The notes under the pieces were generated by a model. The model searched no databases and was not told where the DNA came from. It saw only the letters and a program-made list of their open reading frames with translations. A DNA stretch of 62,374 bases, filler included, from Stramenopiles sp. TOSAG23-3 (lineage: Eukaryota): NCBI GenBank assembly GCA_900128585.1. It is 3 parts of 3 records of this genome, joined end to end, with 100 filler letters (N's around TTAATTAATTAA, not from the genome) between each part and the next. Parts side by side here need not be neighbours in the genome. Positions count along the whole stretch, not along the records: positions 1 to 30,118 come from LT642231.1; positions 30,219 to 60,144 come from LT642232.1; 1 more part is not named here. One strand, given 5' to 3'. Below are positions 22,869 through 31,856 of this stretch, in pieces. The position numbers and the translations under genes are program-made. Position 1 is the first letter of the stretch. Every line of letters begins with the position of its first letter.

Positions 22869-25564
22869 AATGGAATCAAATTGCACAGGTTGGTACTTCA
22901 GTAAAAGTTAACATTGTTGCAAGCATCCCATTTGAGGTATTTGCCGCCAACCTTGCGTACGTTACGTATGGATTTGTTCCAGCGTTTGCACTCTGCCGTT
23001 TAAATAAACTTTTGCGATGCCACGTTCTAATCCACCACGCATCCCGAGTTGGGAAACTGTTAGTCCGTTGGAACTGCAAGATTAGTGACAACATGGCGAC
23101 CGTCTTAAAGCTTATAATCGTAATGATCGGCTCCGCGCATATTATTTCATGTGTATGGTTTTTCTTGGCAACATCTACAACTAACGAAACCAATTGGGCA
23201 GAACAAGACGATGGCGAGCTCTTTGCAAATTGTACCGCTCCAAGCAACAAAATCCCGTTACAACTTCAGAATGGGTTGCGCTGGTACCTGAGGTCGTTGT
23301 ACTTCACGATAGCTACTCTGACTACGGTTGGCTTTGGCGACATTACCCCCTCGAATGGTATCGAGCGGGCTTTTACCATTTGCCTGTTTATTATTGGGAC
23401 ATTTATATTCACGTTTATTATCGGTTCACTGGAAAAGATTATTGCCCAGATTGACGTAACATCGACGATTTACAACAGGAAAGTCGAAATGTTGAAAACT
23501 TACTTTAAAACTCGTCCAAAATTATCGAATAAGATACAAACTTTGTGCCTCTCTTACCTGGACCATTTGTGGAACGTTAGAAAAGGCGCAAAATCCGAGG
23601 AAGTTTTCAACATCCTTCCTGGTAATTTAAAAACGGACATAAATTACGTTCAAGTAAAAACGATGCTCTCTCGTTTGTCGGTCGTGAAAATTTTGTCCAT
23701 TGATGTCCATAAGAACATAGCGTCTAAAATGAAGCAGGATATACTTTTACCGGACCAAATTTTATACGAATCGGGCGAAATTGCTGACACCTTGTATTTT
23801 TTGACCAACGGGGAAATTCAGCTTCTGTCCAAGAGCCGTGACATGACATATACGACTGTTACGGCCCCTTCCATTATTGAAGAGGGAGATTTTCTTTTAG
23901 AACTTCGTAGATCCTGTACCGCGAAATCAACTCAGATCAGTGTCCTTCTGTATTTAACGCACGATCAGTTTGAGGAAGCTATTTTTGCTGACAATAAAAC
24001 CAGGCCAGAGGGACATTCGCTAAGGGACGCAGTAGCGCAGCACAAACACGACATAAAAGGGAAAAGTTTAGTGCGGAAATTGCTGCTGAACATGAAAAGC
24101 TCAAAAATGTTAAAAATGCAGGCGGTTGAAAAGAGCGCAAGAGTGTTGAATAACGAAAATGTATGGAGCTTAGATTCCAACCGTAGAAAAGTTTGGGAAA
24201 GCATACTGCTATGCACAATACTCTGCGAGGCAATCGTAACACCTGCGAGGATAGCTCTTGGGCAAGAAAGCGAGTACAATCTGGTGCTCTTTGTTCTTTT
24301 TGGATTTATACTGGATGTGGTGTACACTGCTGACGTGTACTTCAGGGCTACAAAGATGACAATCCTTCTCTCGGATGGAACCGTGCTGAAAAGAAAACAG
24401 GAAATCAAGAAACATTACATGTCCTCTACCGAGTGCAAAACCAACATTTTGACCGCCGTTCCCGTCGATATGATGGTTTTCATTTCATTCCCACTGGCAA
24501 GCCCGGTAGCGCTGGCAGTTTGCCGACTCCCGCGAATAATTCGGTTGAAAGATGTCCCCCGTGCGTTTGACCAGTCGGTTGCCCTAGCAGAGAGTGTCGG
24601 TTGCGTTGTGAGCAATAGTTCCGTCCGTTTTATTAAAATGCTATGCATGATTTTATTGGCATCACATTTTTCTGCATGCATTTTTTTAATTCTATCTTGG
24701 GCGGGCGGATGGGAAGGCGGCATTAAACCATGGACGTTTACAAACAGCGTAGAGGGCCACAAGGTGCTAGAGACTTCGGACGGTGCCCAGTACTCAATAT
24801 CCCTGTACTGGTCTTTGTACACAGTGACATCCATCGGTTACGGAGACATTTCCCCGAAAACCAGTGTTGAAACGTGTTGGGCAATAATTATGATGATGGC
24901 AGCGGCGTTTTTCTGTGACGCAGGGATTACTGCGATTTTATCTCATGGGGTAGACACCACGGATTCGAAAGCAGCGTTGTGCAACGAACGAATTTCTACG
25001 GCGATGAAATTTGTCGCACTTCGTGGTGCGTCAAAAAAGTTTTTGGGGAGAACGAAAAAATGCTACACGGAATTCTACATCAATAACTTTGGAATAGACG
25101 AAAAGGTAGTGTTCAATTCTCTCTCGTTTGCATCAAGCAATGCAATATTACGGGATGCCATTCTCCCATCTATTCGTCGGCACAAACGGCTACAAGCAAT
25201 GCTAAAGGACGACTACGGCCTCGTGATTTCTCTTGTAAATAGCATGACTCCAAAAACATATTACTCAAAAGAACGCCTGCGCGCTCCGTACGAAGAGTGG
25301 CCTGGACTGCTTTACATCCTGAACGGTTCAGTCGTTTGTGTACAACTGAGTGGTTGCACGTATCGAATACCATGTGGGACACTGTTGGGGGAAGCTTGCT
25401 TTCATGGAAAACGAAATACACAGCACAATGGAAACGAAATTATTGCAACATCCTTCTGCGAAACATACACGCTCTCTTCTGAAAGGTACAGCACGCTTCT
25501 GAATGAAGCATCGAGGACGGCTACCAATGAATCCAACTTAAACATGTCTGAAACCTGTGACTAA
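22865..25564 (+). CDS. Four-repeat cyclic-nucleotide-binding K+ channel (CNGK-like), C-terminal part: rest of repeat III and repeat IV
   Basis: Begins at S3 (IVASIPFE) and S4 (RLNKLLR); pores TVGFGD (23324-23341) and SIGYGD (24830-24847); no ATG at the start; overlaps the upstream stop in the -1 frame. Confidence 0.9.
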   Translation: MKWNQIAQVGTSVKVNIVASIPFEVFAANLAYVTYGFVPAFALCRLNKLLRCHVLIHHASRVGKLLVRWNCKISDNMATVLKLIIVMIGSAHIISCVWFFLATSTTNETNWAEQDDGELFANCTAPSNKIPLQLQNGLRWYLRSLYFTIATLTTVGFGDITPSNGIERAFTICLFIIGTFIFTFIIGSLEKIIAQIDVTSTIYNRKVEMLKTYFKTRPKLSNKIQTLCLSYLDHLWNVRKGAKSEEVFNILPGNLKTDINYVQVKTMLSRLSVVKILSIDVHKNIASKMKQDILLPDQILYESGEIADTLYFLTNGEIQLLSKSRDMTYTTVTAPSIIEEGDFLLELRRSCTAKSTQISVLLYLTHDQFEEAIFADNKTRPEGHSLRDAVAQHKHDIKGKSLVRKLLLNMKSSKMLKMQAVEKSARVLNNENVWSLDSNRRKVWESILLCTILCEAIVTPARIALGQESEYNLVLFVLFGFILDVVYTADVYFRATKMTILLSDGTVLKRKQEIKKHYMSSTECKTNILTAVPVDMMVFISFPLASPVALAVCRLPRIIRLKDVPRAFDQSVALAESVGCVVSNSSVRFIKMLCMILLASHFSACIFLILSWAGGWEGGIKPWTFTNSVEGHKVLETSDGAQYSISLYWSLYTVTSIGYGDISPKTSVETCWAIIMMMAAAFFCDAGITAILSHGVDTTDSKAALCNERISTAMKFVALRGASKKFLGRTKKCYTEFYINNFGIDEKVVFNSLSFASSNAILRDAILPSIRRHKRLQAMLKDDYGLVISLVNSMTPKTYYSKERLRAPYEEWPGLLYILNGSVVCVQLSGCTYRIPCGTLLGEACFHGKRNTQHNGNEIIATSFCETYTLSSERYSTLLNEASRTATNESNLNMSETCD

Positions 25565-25781
25565 GAAATGTTTCTCATTCGTCTTTAAAATAAAATTATT
25601 TTTTTACTGCTGGACATAAAATTTTTAAATACTTACAATTAAACAGCCCTTATTTTTTTAAATAAAACGACTGTTTTTGGTACGTACAACAAATACATTT
25701 TTAAAATAAAAATTTAGATTTAAATCTGTTCTTCAGGGGATGTAACACGCGCCTTTAAAAGCCAATGCAAAACATTTTAAT

Positions 25782-26780
25782 TTATACAAAGAACGCAATC
25801 GAGGACATGGCCAAAAATCCTATGGTATAAAACAGCAGTTTGTAATTGTGCAGCCGTTTTGCACTAATCTCACTACGATTCGTTTGAAGCAGTTCTTTTG
25901 CCCCAATCTCCAAAGCCGAGATGTATAAAAACACTCCCGCAACGACAGCTTTTATTAGGTCTGCTATATAATTGTTCCAAGCGGGCGTATCCGCTACCGA
26001 CGGTGGTACAAACATGCCAATGATCATCCCTAACGGTGCACTAATCGCAAACCCAGCCGAAATCTTCAGCATAGTTCTCCATTCTTTGGACATGTTCGCA
26101 GCCGCCCCGCCGAGAGATATCCCTGCAAAGACTTTGTGGGCCATGACGGCAATAACCAACTCTACGTACTCAATGTTGCTTCTTGCTACGGTGATGGAAA
26201 AGCCAAGGAGCAAACTGTGAAATATTAAAGCAAAAAACAGCGAAAGGAACGACCGATTCGACCCGTGCAAATGCTCTGTAATGTGTTTCATATCATGGTG
26301 GTGACCCCCGGGCGAACACGGTACCATCGATCCATACAGCGACTGCGACAAGCCATCCTCCAGCTTGCCCCGCGGGGGGGAAGCCGTTTTCGATATTTCG
26401 AGGTATTCGCCACCCGAAGGTTGAAGTTGAGAGTGACTGTGCCCGTGCGTGCTATTGTCACTGTGACCATATCCCCTAACATTGCGGTGAACGTGTTTCC
26501 TGCCGTGCCCCGACTCCTCCAGCACGAGCAACAGGAGAAACGTTGCGCCGCACGCAAAGTTTGCCCATGGCACTTTCCCCGCGTTTAATGCCGATCCTTG
26601 GGTGTCGGCAAGCTGGTGAACAATTGCCGCCGAAAGCAACACTCCGGCGGAAAACATGTTTCCCAACGAAAACAGGACCCTGTTCCGTTTCTTTAACAAC
26701 GTAGGCAAAAGTACAGAAAAAAAACCTCCAGCAAAAACCACAATGACAAGGATGATTTCTGCGGCTCCCACCGTGGCCAT
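25782..26780 (-). CDS. ZIP (SLC39) family zinc/iron transporter
   Basis: GNMFSAGVLLSAAIVH, His-rich cytosolic loop, ALIFHSLLLG, AVMAHKVFAG, AGVFLYIS; about 8 TM segments. Confidence 0.95.
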   Translation of the reverse strand: MATVGAAEIILVIVVFAGGFFSVLLPTLLKKRNRVLFSLGNMFSAGVLLSAAIVHQLADTQGSALNAGKVPWANFACGATFLLLLVLEESGHGRKHVHRNVRGYGHSDNSTHGHSHSQLQPSGGEYLEISKTASPPRGKLEDGLSQSLYGSMVPCSPGGHHHDMKHITEHLHGSNRSFLSLFFALIFHSLLLGFSITVARSNIEYVELVIAVMAHKVFAGISLGGAAANMSKEWRTMLKISAGFAISAPLGMIIGMFVPPSVADTPAWNNYIADLIKAVVAGVFLYISALEIGAKELLQTNRSEISAKRLHNYKLLFYTIGFLAMSSIAFFV

Positions 26781-27234
26781 GGTTGCACTTGTTACCGAGG
26801 GATAGAAAGGAACAGTTTGAATGAAGTAGCGCGCAAAACATAAAAGTCCCCAAGACTCTAGTAATTAAAACCGCCAAGTTTACTCTTTTAAATAGAAACG
26901 AAATCGGTACGATCAACTTTTCATTATTAAAATTAAAAAAATTTTATTAAAAAAAAACAAAGTAGAAAAAAAAAGATGAAGAAGGAGAATTAAAAAAATG
27001 CGCCACACAGCACACAGCCACACACAAACACACACCACCTGACGACACCTGACGATATTAAATGTTCTGCCGCCACCAAACCATGAATGAAAGAAACAAA
27101 AAATAATTGAAAAAAAAAAAAAGAATAATGTTTTTTCTTTGATCCATTTTATTAAAATATAGAAATAGCATCTACTATTTCTTGTTGTTGGGCTCTTCTT
27201 CTTTTTTATTTTTTATTATTATTAAATCTGGGCT

Positions 27235-27430
27235 GAGAAGAAAGAAGAAAGAAGAAGAAAGAAGAAGAAGAAAGAAGAAGAAGAAGAAAGAAGAAGAAGA
27301 AGAAAGAAGAAGAAGAAAGAAGAAGAAGAAGAACAATAAGAAGAAGAAGAAGAAGAAGAAGAAGAAAGAAGAAGAAGAAAGAAGAAGAAGAAAGAAGAAG
27401 AAGAAAGAAGAAGAAAGAAGAAGAAAGAAA
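27235..27430. repeat. Long interrupted (GAA)n microsatellite
   Basis: About 195 bp almost purine-only top strand, AAG with AAAG interruptions. Confidence 0.97.
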
Positions 27431-27689
27431 AATGGGGTGGTGGAGGTCGGTGGAGGAGGAGAGATATTATTGCATTTACCAAGGTTTCCCAAGTTTGAAA
27501 TGGGATGGTATACGTAGCTATACGTATACGTACGAGGAGTTAAAGAACAGCAAACTTAAAAAATGTACATAGTCGTTCAGTATACACGAAAAGTGTAAAT
27601 ATAAATGTATATAAAGTGCAATTGAATTTCTTCTTTGTTTTGGTATAGTTCAAAATTATCTTACCGGATTCAGTTAGATATATCGAACA

Positions 27690-28439
27690 ATGGGACAAAT
27701 ACATCCCACTGGTCCCAACGTCATTCGTTTCCCGCAAGTCGGCGGCGGCCATAACTGTGATTGTACCAAACCACGTTACGATTTTTTCTACGACCCACGC
27801 CTCGCACAGTTCGGAATAACGGAGCATGATCTTACTACTAAAATGAATGAGGCCAACAGAGTTTTAGATGATCTCAGTCCATCCATGTTTCGAGTTGGTA
27901 TCTTCATTTTTTTTTTTGTGTTTGTAGTGCCAAATGTCCTGCGACAAATAATTCGTCAGGATGGTTGTAGCGATGGCGAGTGTCCTGAAACGATCGAAAT
28001 AATTTCCATCGTGATACAAATGCTCCCAGTCTTCTTCATATGTGGGCTAATCAGCTATTTCATGAAAATTCGTGGCCAAATCTCAAAAGCTATTGACGAC
28101 ACCTTTCAGGACTGGGGAGCAAGGGGTATTACGGTCAGGAGAGTCCCAAAAACGAAACATGCCCAAGGTGCTCTTTACTTGGTTCTTCCGATGCAGCAGC
28201 CGGCACAACCACCTATGGGAGGAGTGCAAATGGTGCCCATGGGAGGGGCAATGGGGATGCATCAGGGAGCAGACGTTCAGCCGATAGCAATGGCCCGACC
28301 GATGCAATTGGTGACGGTCGTGGTCCCGCCCGGAGCAAGTGCTGGGCAAATGCTTCAGATGACCGTCAACGGGAGAATGGTGCAAGTTCAAATACCTCAC
28401 GGACTACAGGAAGGCAATCAATTTCAAATGCAAGTGTAA
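27690..28439 (+). CDS. Two-TM membrane protein with M/Q/P-rich linker and small C-terminal beta domain
   Basis: 249-aa ATG ORF; two hydrophobic helices; C-terminal VTVVVPPGASAGQMLQMTVNGRMVQVQIPHGLQEGNQFQMQV internal two-fold repeat. Confidence 0.8.
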   Translation: MGQIHPTGPNVIRFPQVGGGHNCDCTKPRYDFFYDPRLAQFGITEHDLTTKMNEANRVLDDLSPSMFRVGIFIFFFVFVVPNVLRQIIRQDGCSDGECPETIEIISIVIQMLPVFFICGLISYFMKIRGQISKAIDDTFQDWGARGITVRRVPKTKHAQGALYLVLPMQQPAQPPMGGVQMVPMGGAMGMHQGADVQPIAMARPMQLVTVVVPPGASAGQMLQMTVNGRMVQVQIPHGLQEGNQFQMQV

Positions 28440-28790
28440 GCAAAGATTGATGTGGGTCTGTTTGCCCCCTCCAGCAAATGTATTCCGTATGTATTTAGTT
28501 CCAAAAATCGAACAAATAACTGATGTCTGAGTCTTAATTTAAAGGGAAAAAAACCTTATAGAGTGAATATCAAAACAATTGACATATGTTTTATGATAAC
28601 TGTAAATTAAAAACATTTACTTACATATATTATGATATTTAGATAAACTGAATTAGGTTTTTTTATTTTAAAATTGCGTTTCGAACGTGCGAGAAGGAAT
28701 AGAGAGTATATTTCATATTTACACGCGTGTTTAGAAAAAAATACGACTCGCACAAACTTTACACACACAGTGTTACACGAACTCAACACT

Positions 28791-29540
28791 TTACGACGTG
28801 CCTGAGGATTCAGTTTTAGCAACAGTCCCGTCCGGAAGAAAGAGGTTGATTGGGGAAATGCTGCGGCGGGGCAAACGCCCTTCTCTCGTTGACGAGTTTC
28901 CCTGTTGTTCCCCCGCCTCCACCACCGTGCCATTGTATCTATTCATTGGACCAGGAGGGCTTACAGCGCGTCGGACCTCCTCGACGATAAACCTCACGTC
29001 GTCGGGCTTAAAGCTGGGAAGCACTCTTCCAATTCCTTCAGCAGACCGATGGTTGACTCGTTCGATGCATACCTCAAGAGGGACATGGAGCTCGATGGCC
29101 CATATGTCCGCTCGACCGATGCCGTAATTCTTGGCCAACTGAACCCACGTCTGCCGCTGCTGACGGTCAAAGTTGCACCTATCAATGACGACTCTATTTC
29201 TATTATCCTGCAAGTGCCTGGACGCCCGCGCGTAGCAAGCTTTCCGCGAACCTAGTGTATCTTGATTCACTACTAGCCACCGGCCTGCCTCGAGGGTTAC
29301 GTTCATCAGTTGTGCACTGATGAACGATTTTCCACAACCAGGTGCCCCGACTAAAATAATCAGCCGTGGCCCACTGCTAATTTTGCGCCTCATTCTAAGA
29401 GTCTTTCGAACGTACGATTCGACCTTCGGCGAGTCCGGCGACAACGGCTTCCCATCGTCGTCTCTAGGGTACCGCTGCATGTTCTCATACTGCCGGTACG
29501 CCGGTTCAGACGATGCTCCGCCAAATACCAGTCTAGACAT
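28791..29540 (-). CDS. P-loop kinase-like protein (AAA_33 / polynucleotide-kinase-like)
   Basis: ILVGAPGCGKS Walker A, VNQDTLGSRKAC, VVIDRCNFDRQQRQTW, PLEVCIERVNHR. Confidence 0.88.
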   Translation of the reverse strand: MSRLVFGGASSEPAYRQYENMQRYPRDDDGKPLSPDSPKVESYVRKTLRMRRKISSGPRLIILVGAPGCGKSFISAQLMNVTLEAGRWLVVNQDTLGSRKACYARASRHLQDNRNRVVIDRCNFDRQQRQTWVQLAKNYGIGRADIWAIELHVPLEVCIERVNHRSAEGIGRVLPSFKPDDVRFIVEEVRRAVSPPGPMNRYNGTVVEAGEQQGNSSTREGRLPRRSISPINLFLPDGTVAKTESSGTS

Positions 29541-30118
29541 GTTTCTTCTCTTAACCTCTTCACGCGAACAATCAAATGGAAATGTTATCTATTCTTAATT
29601 ATCTAACATAAATTCCTTTAAACAATACATCTTTCGTTTCTTTTTTTAAATCTTCTTTTTCTTTATAAAGAAAATAATGAATAGTCGTCGTCTAGTATAA
29701 CGTATATATATTTTATAAACGAGGAGGAGTCTAGTAGTTAAAAAATATCTTTTTTTTTCTTTTTTTCCTTCAATATCTTCTTCTTCCTTCTTCTCTTTCA
29801 TTTCATTTTTTTTCGTTATTATGATAAAATAAAATAATAATATAGACATAACAGCTCCATCTTTGGTGGTATTAATATAATTACTACCACCAAAAATACG
29901 TAATTTAAAAAATGATGATGCTGTCTGCTGTCTAGTATTAATAGATTATTAATCTTCGAAGAACTATAAAAATATCTTCTCTACTTTTTTTTAAAATTAT
30001 TATTATAGTTTTGGAGGTCCTTTTCTATTAATACACAATACATTACACAGCATATAAATTACAATAATAAAAAGAATTAATTAATTAAAAAAAAAAGAAG
30101 AAAAAAAAAAAGAATTTT

Positions 30119-30218
30119 NNNNNNNNNNNNNNNNNNNNNNNNNNNNNNNNNNNNNNNNNNNNTTAATTAATTAANNNNNNNNNNNNNNNNNNNNNNNNNN
30201 NNNNNNNNNNNNNNNNNN
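30119..30218. other. Artificial contig-joining linker
   Basis: N44-TTAATTAATTAA-N44, exactly 100 nt, with stops in all six frames; identical to 60145-60244. Confidence 0.97.
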
Positions 30219-30264
30219 GCAGTTCATGAAGGAATGCAAACCTAGAATGTCTAAATCTGGATTT

Positions 30265-30325
30265 CAGTTCGCAGTACATTAATTTTAATTACTTAAAATA
30301 ACAGCCAATTTTCTTGTTTTTTAAA
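30265..30325 (+). repeat. Dispersed repeat family R2, module A
   Basis: cagttcgcagtacattaattttaattacttaaaataacagccaattttcttg; recurs at 48203, inverted at 54150-54770 and about 55005, degenerate at about 36430 and 58550. Confidence 0.9.
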
Positions 30326-31856
30326 GAAATTCTTATTTGAAACCACACCTTGTCTTGCTCCCGTCTAATTAGAAATTATTAAGATTGAAACCAATTAAAA
30401 GCTTTTAAAAACATTATTGAAAATTGAATCGAGATGTTGTCTTTTGCGTCCCCGGGAATTTCTCGCTGATTTGCACCGTACATAATATTTTTGTTAAACA
30501 TTTGTGACACATCAATTGAAGCCGCTGTTCAATAAACGAAACAAGTTATGAGTGAGACACTGGATGAAGAAGTCGATTACGGAGTAGTGGACCATCCTTG
30601 GAATCAGGATCAGTTATTGAAGAATTTAGGTTGGATAATTTAGCAGATTCGCAAATCAGTCAAATTCCCTATCGTTCTAAGGATTGTGGACTAATTGATT
30701 TCGACGAGGAGGATATCGCGACAGTATTCCAGAGTAATGATGTAAACTGCGACGGGATGGATTCGCACAATGCAATAGTACCCCAAGATTAATAGCTTGG
30801 GATCTGAAAGGGTAAAAAGACGGGAAAGGGTAGAGATCATATATTTTTACGTAATTTCAGAGGAGGAAGTGTATAAGGTTTCCATATACCCATATAAAAT
30901 AAAGTTGATGTTTTTGTGATTATTTATTATTTGCCTATTGGTTGGTTTGCACTTCCAAGACATAAGCTTTATCCAAAAAGTAATAGTTAAGGCGTAAGGC
31001 GTAATGTTCAGATTGTTAATACAGTACGCGTTCTCTAAGTAAAAAATGATTGCAAAATATTACAATACCTCACCTCACAGAAATTACCAGAACTGCGTAT
31101 TTTGATCATATTTCCGTACACAAATAAATCACATCAATGATCTTAGCCAGAAAATGGATAATAATTTCCGAGAAGAACATCAATAGTATTTAAATGCTAT
31201 TTTGTGCAATGCTGTATGACCTTGTAATTCCATGAAAATTGCAAAAAACGGTGACCTTCTTCTTCGGAACGTACATCCTCGCCGCCACAATCGCATTTAT
31301 TAGTTGAGTTGCCCTTTGTTATTTCGCACTAGTAATTGCCTGTTGTTACCACGCCCGAAGGAAATCTTTTCGAGTTCGTAGACGACCGACAGAGACCACA
31401 GCAGAGACGACAGGAGGAAACAGACAGCAGACCGATGACTGACGACTATTATCATTGTTGAAACAAAAAATAAGAGATGCACTTGTTGTCGGAAAATGAT
31501 CCATTTCATCGTTGTCAATCATTAATGGTACCTTGGCAATATTGATATATACGGACCATCACGAGGTTTCGTCGACTTTACATAGCACTTCCAGAATACG
31601 CCATCGACGCGAAATCGTAAAAGTAGATTTACTTCAGAGAAGACGTTTGGTAAAAATAGCGGCGTCAGGACACTGATTGTCACTTCTTTCAACTACACTG
31701 ACTCTGCCCACAACATCCCTATCTATAACGAACAATATAAGAACGTTTTATCCCATTGGCTTTTTGAAATCACCTGTCTACACCAAGGCTTCAACTTGTC
31801 TTGTCTAAAGTTGCGCAAATACATTGTCATTTTTGTGCTCCTTGAACGTTAGCAGG

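Noticed and set aside
19614-25564. Alternative genetic code (TGA readthrough) to explain the split channel
   Set aside because: The downstream half is in a different frame, and TAA, TAG and TGA all terminate conserved genes elsewhere in the window
30119-30218. TTAATTAATTAA palindrome inside N-runs (also 60145-60244)
   Set aside because: Fixed 100-nt six-frame-stop linker added when contigs were concatenated; not biological, and adjacency across it is meaningless
30548-31720. Short coding-like fragments near the start of contig 2
   Set aside because: Broken by frameshifts and stops, under 75 aa, no recognisable family
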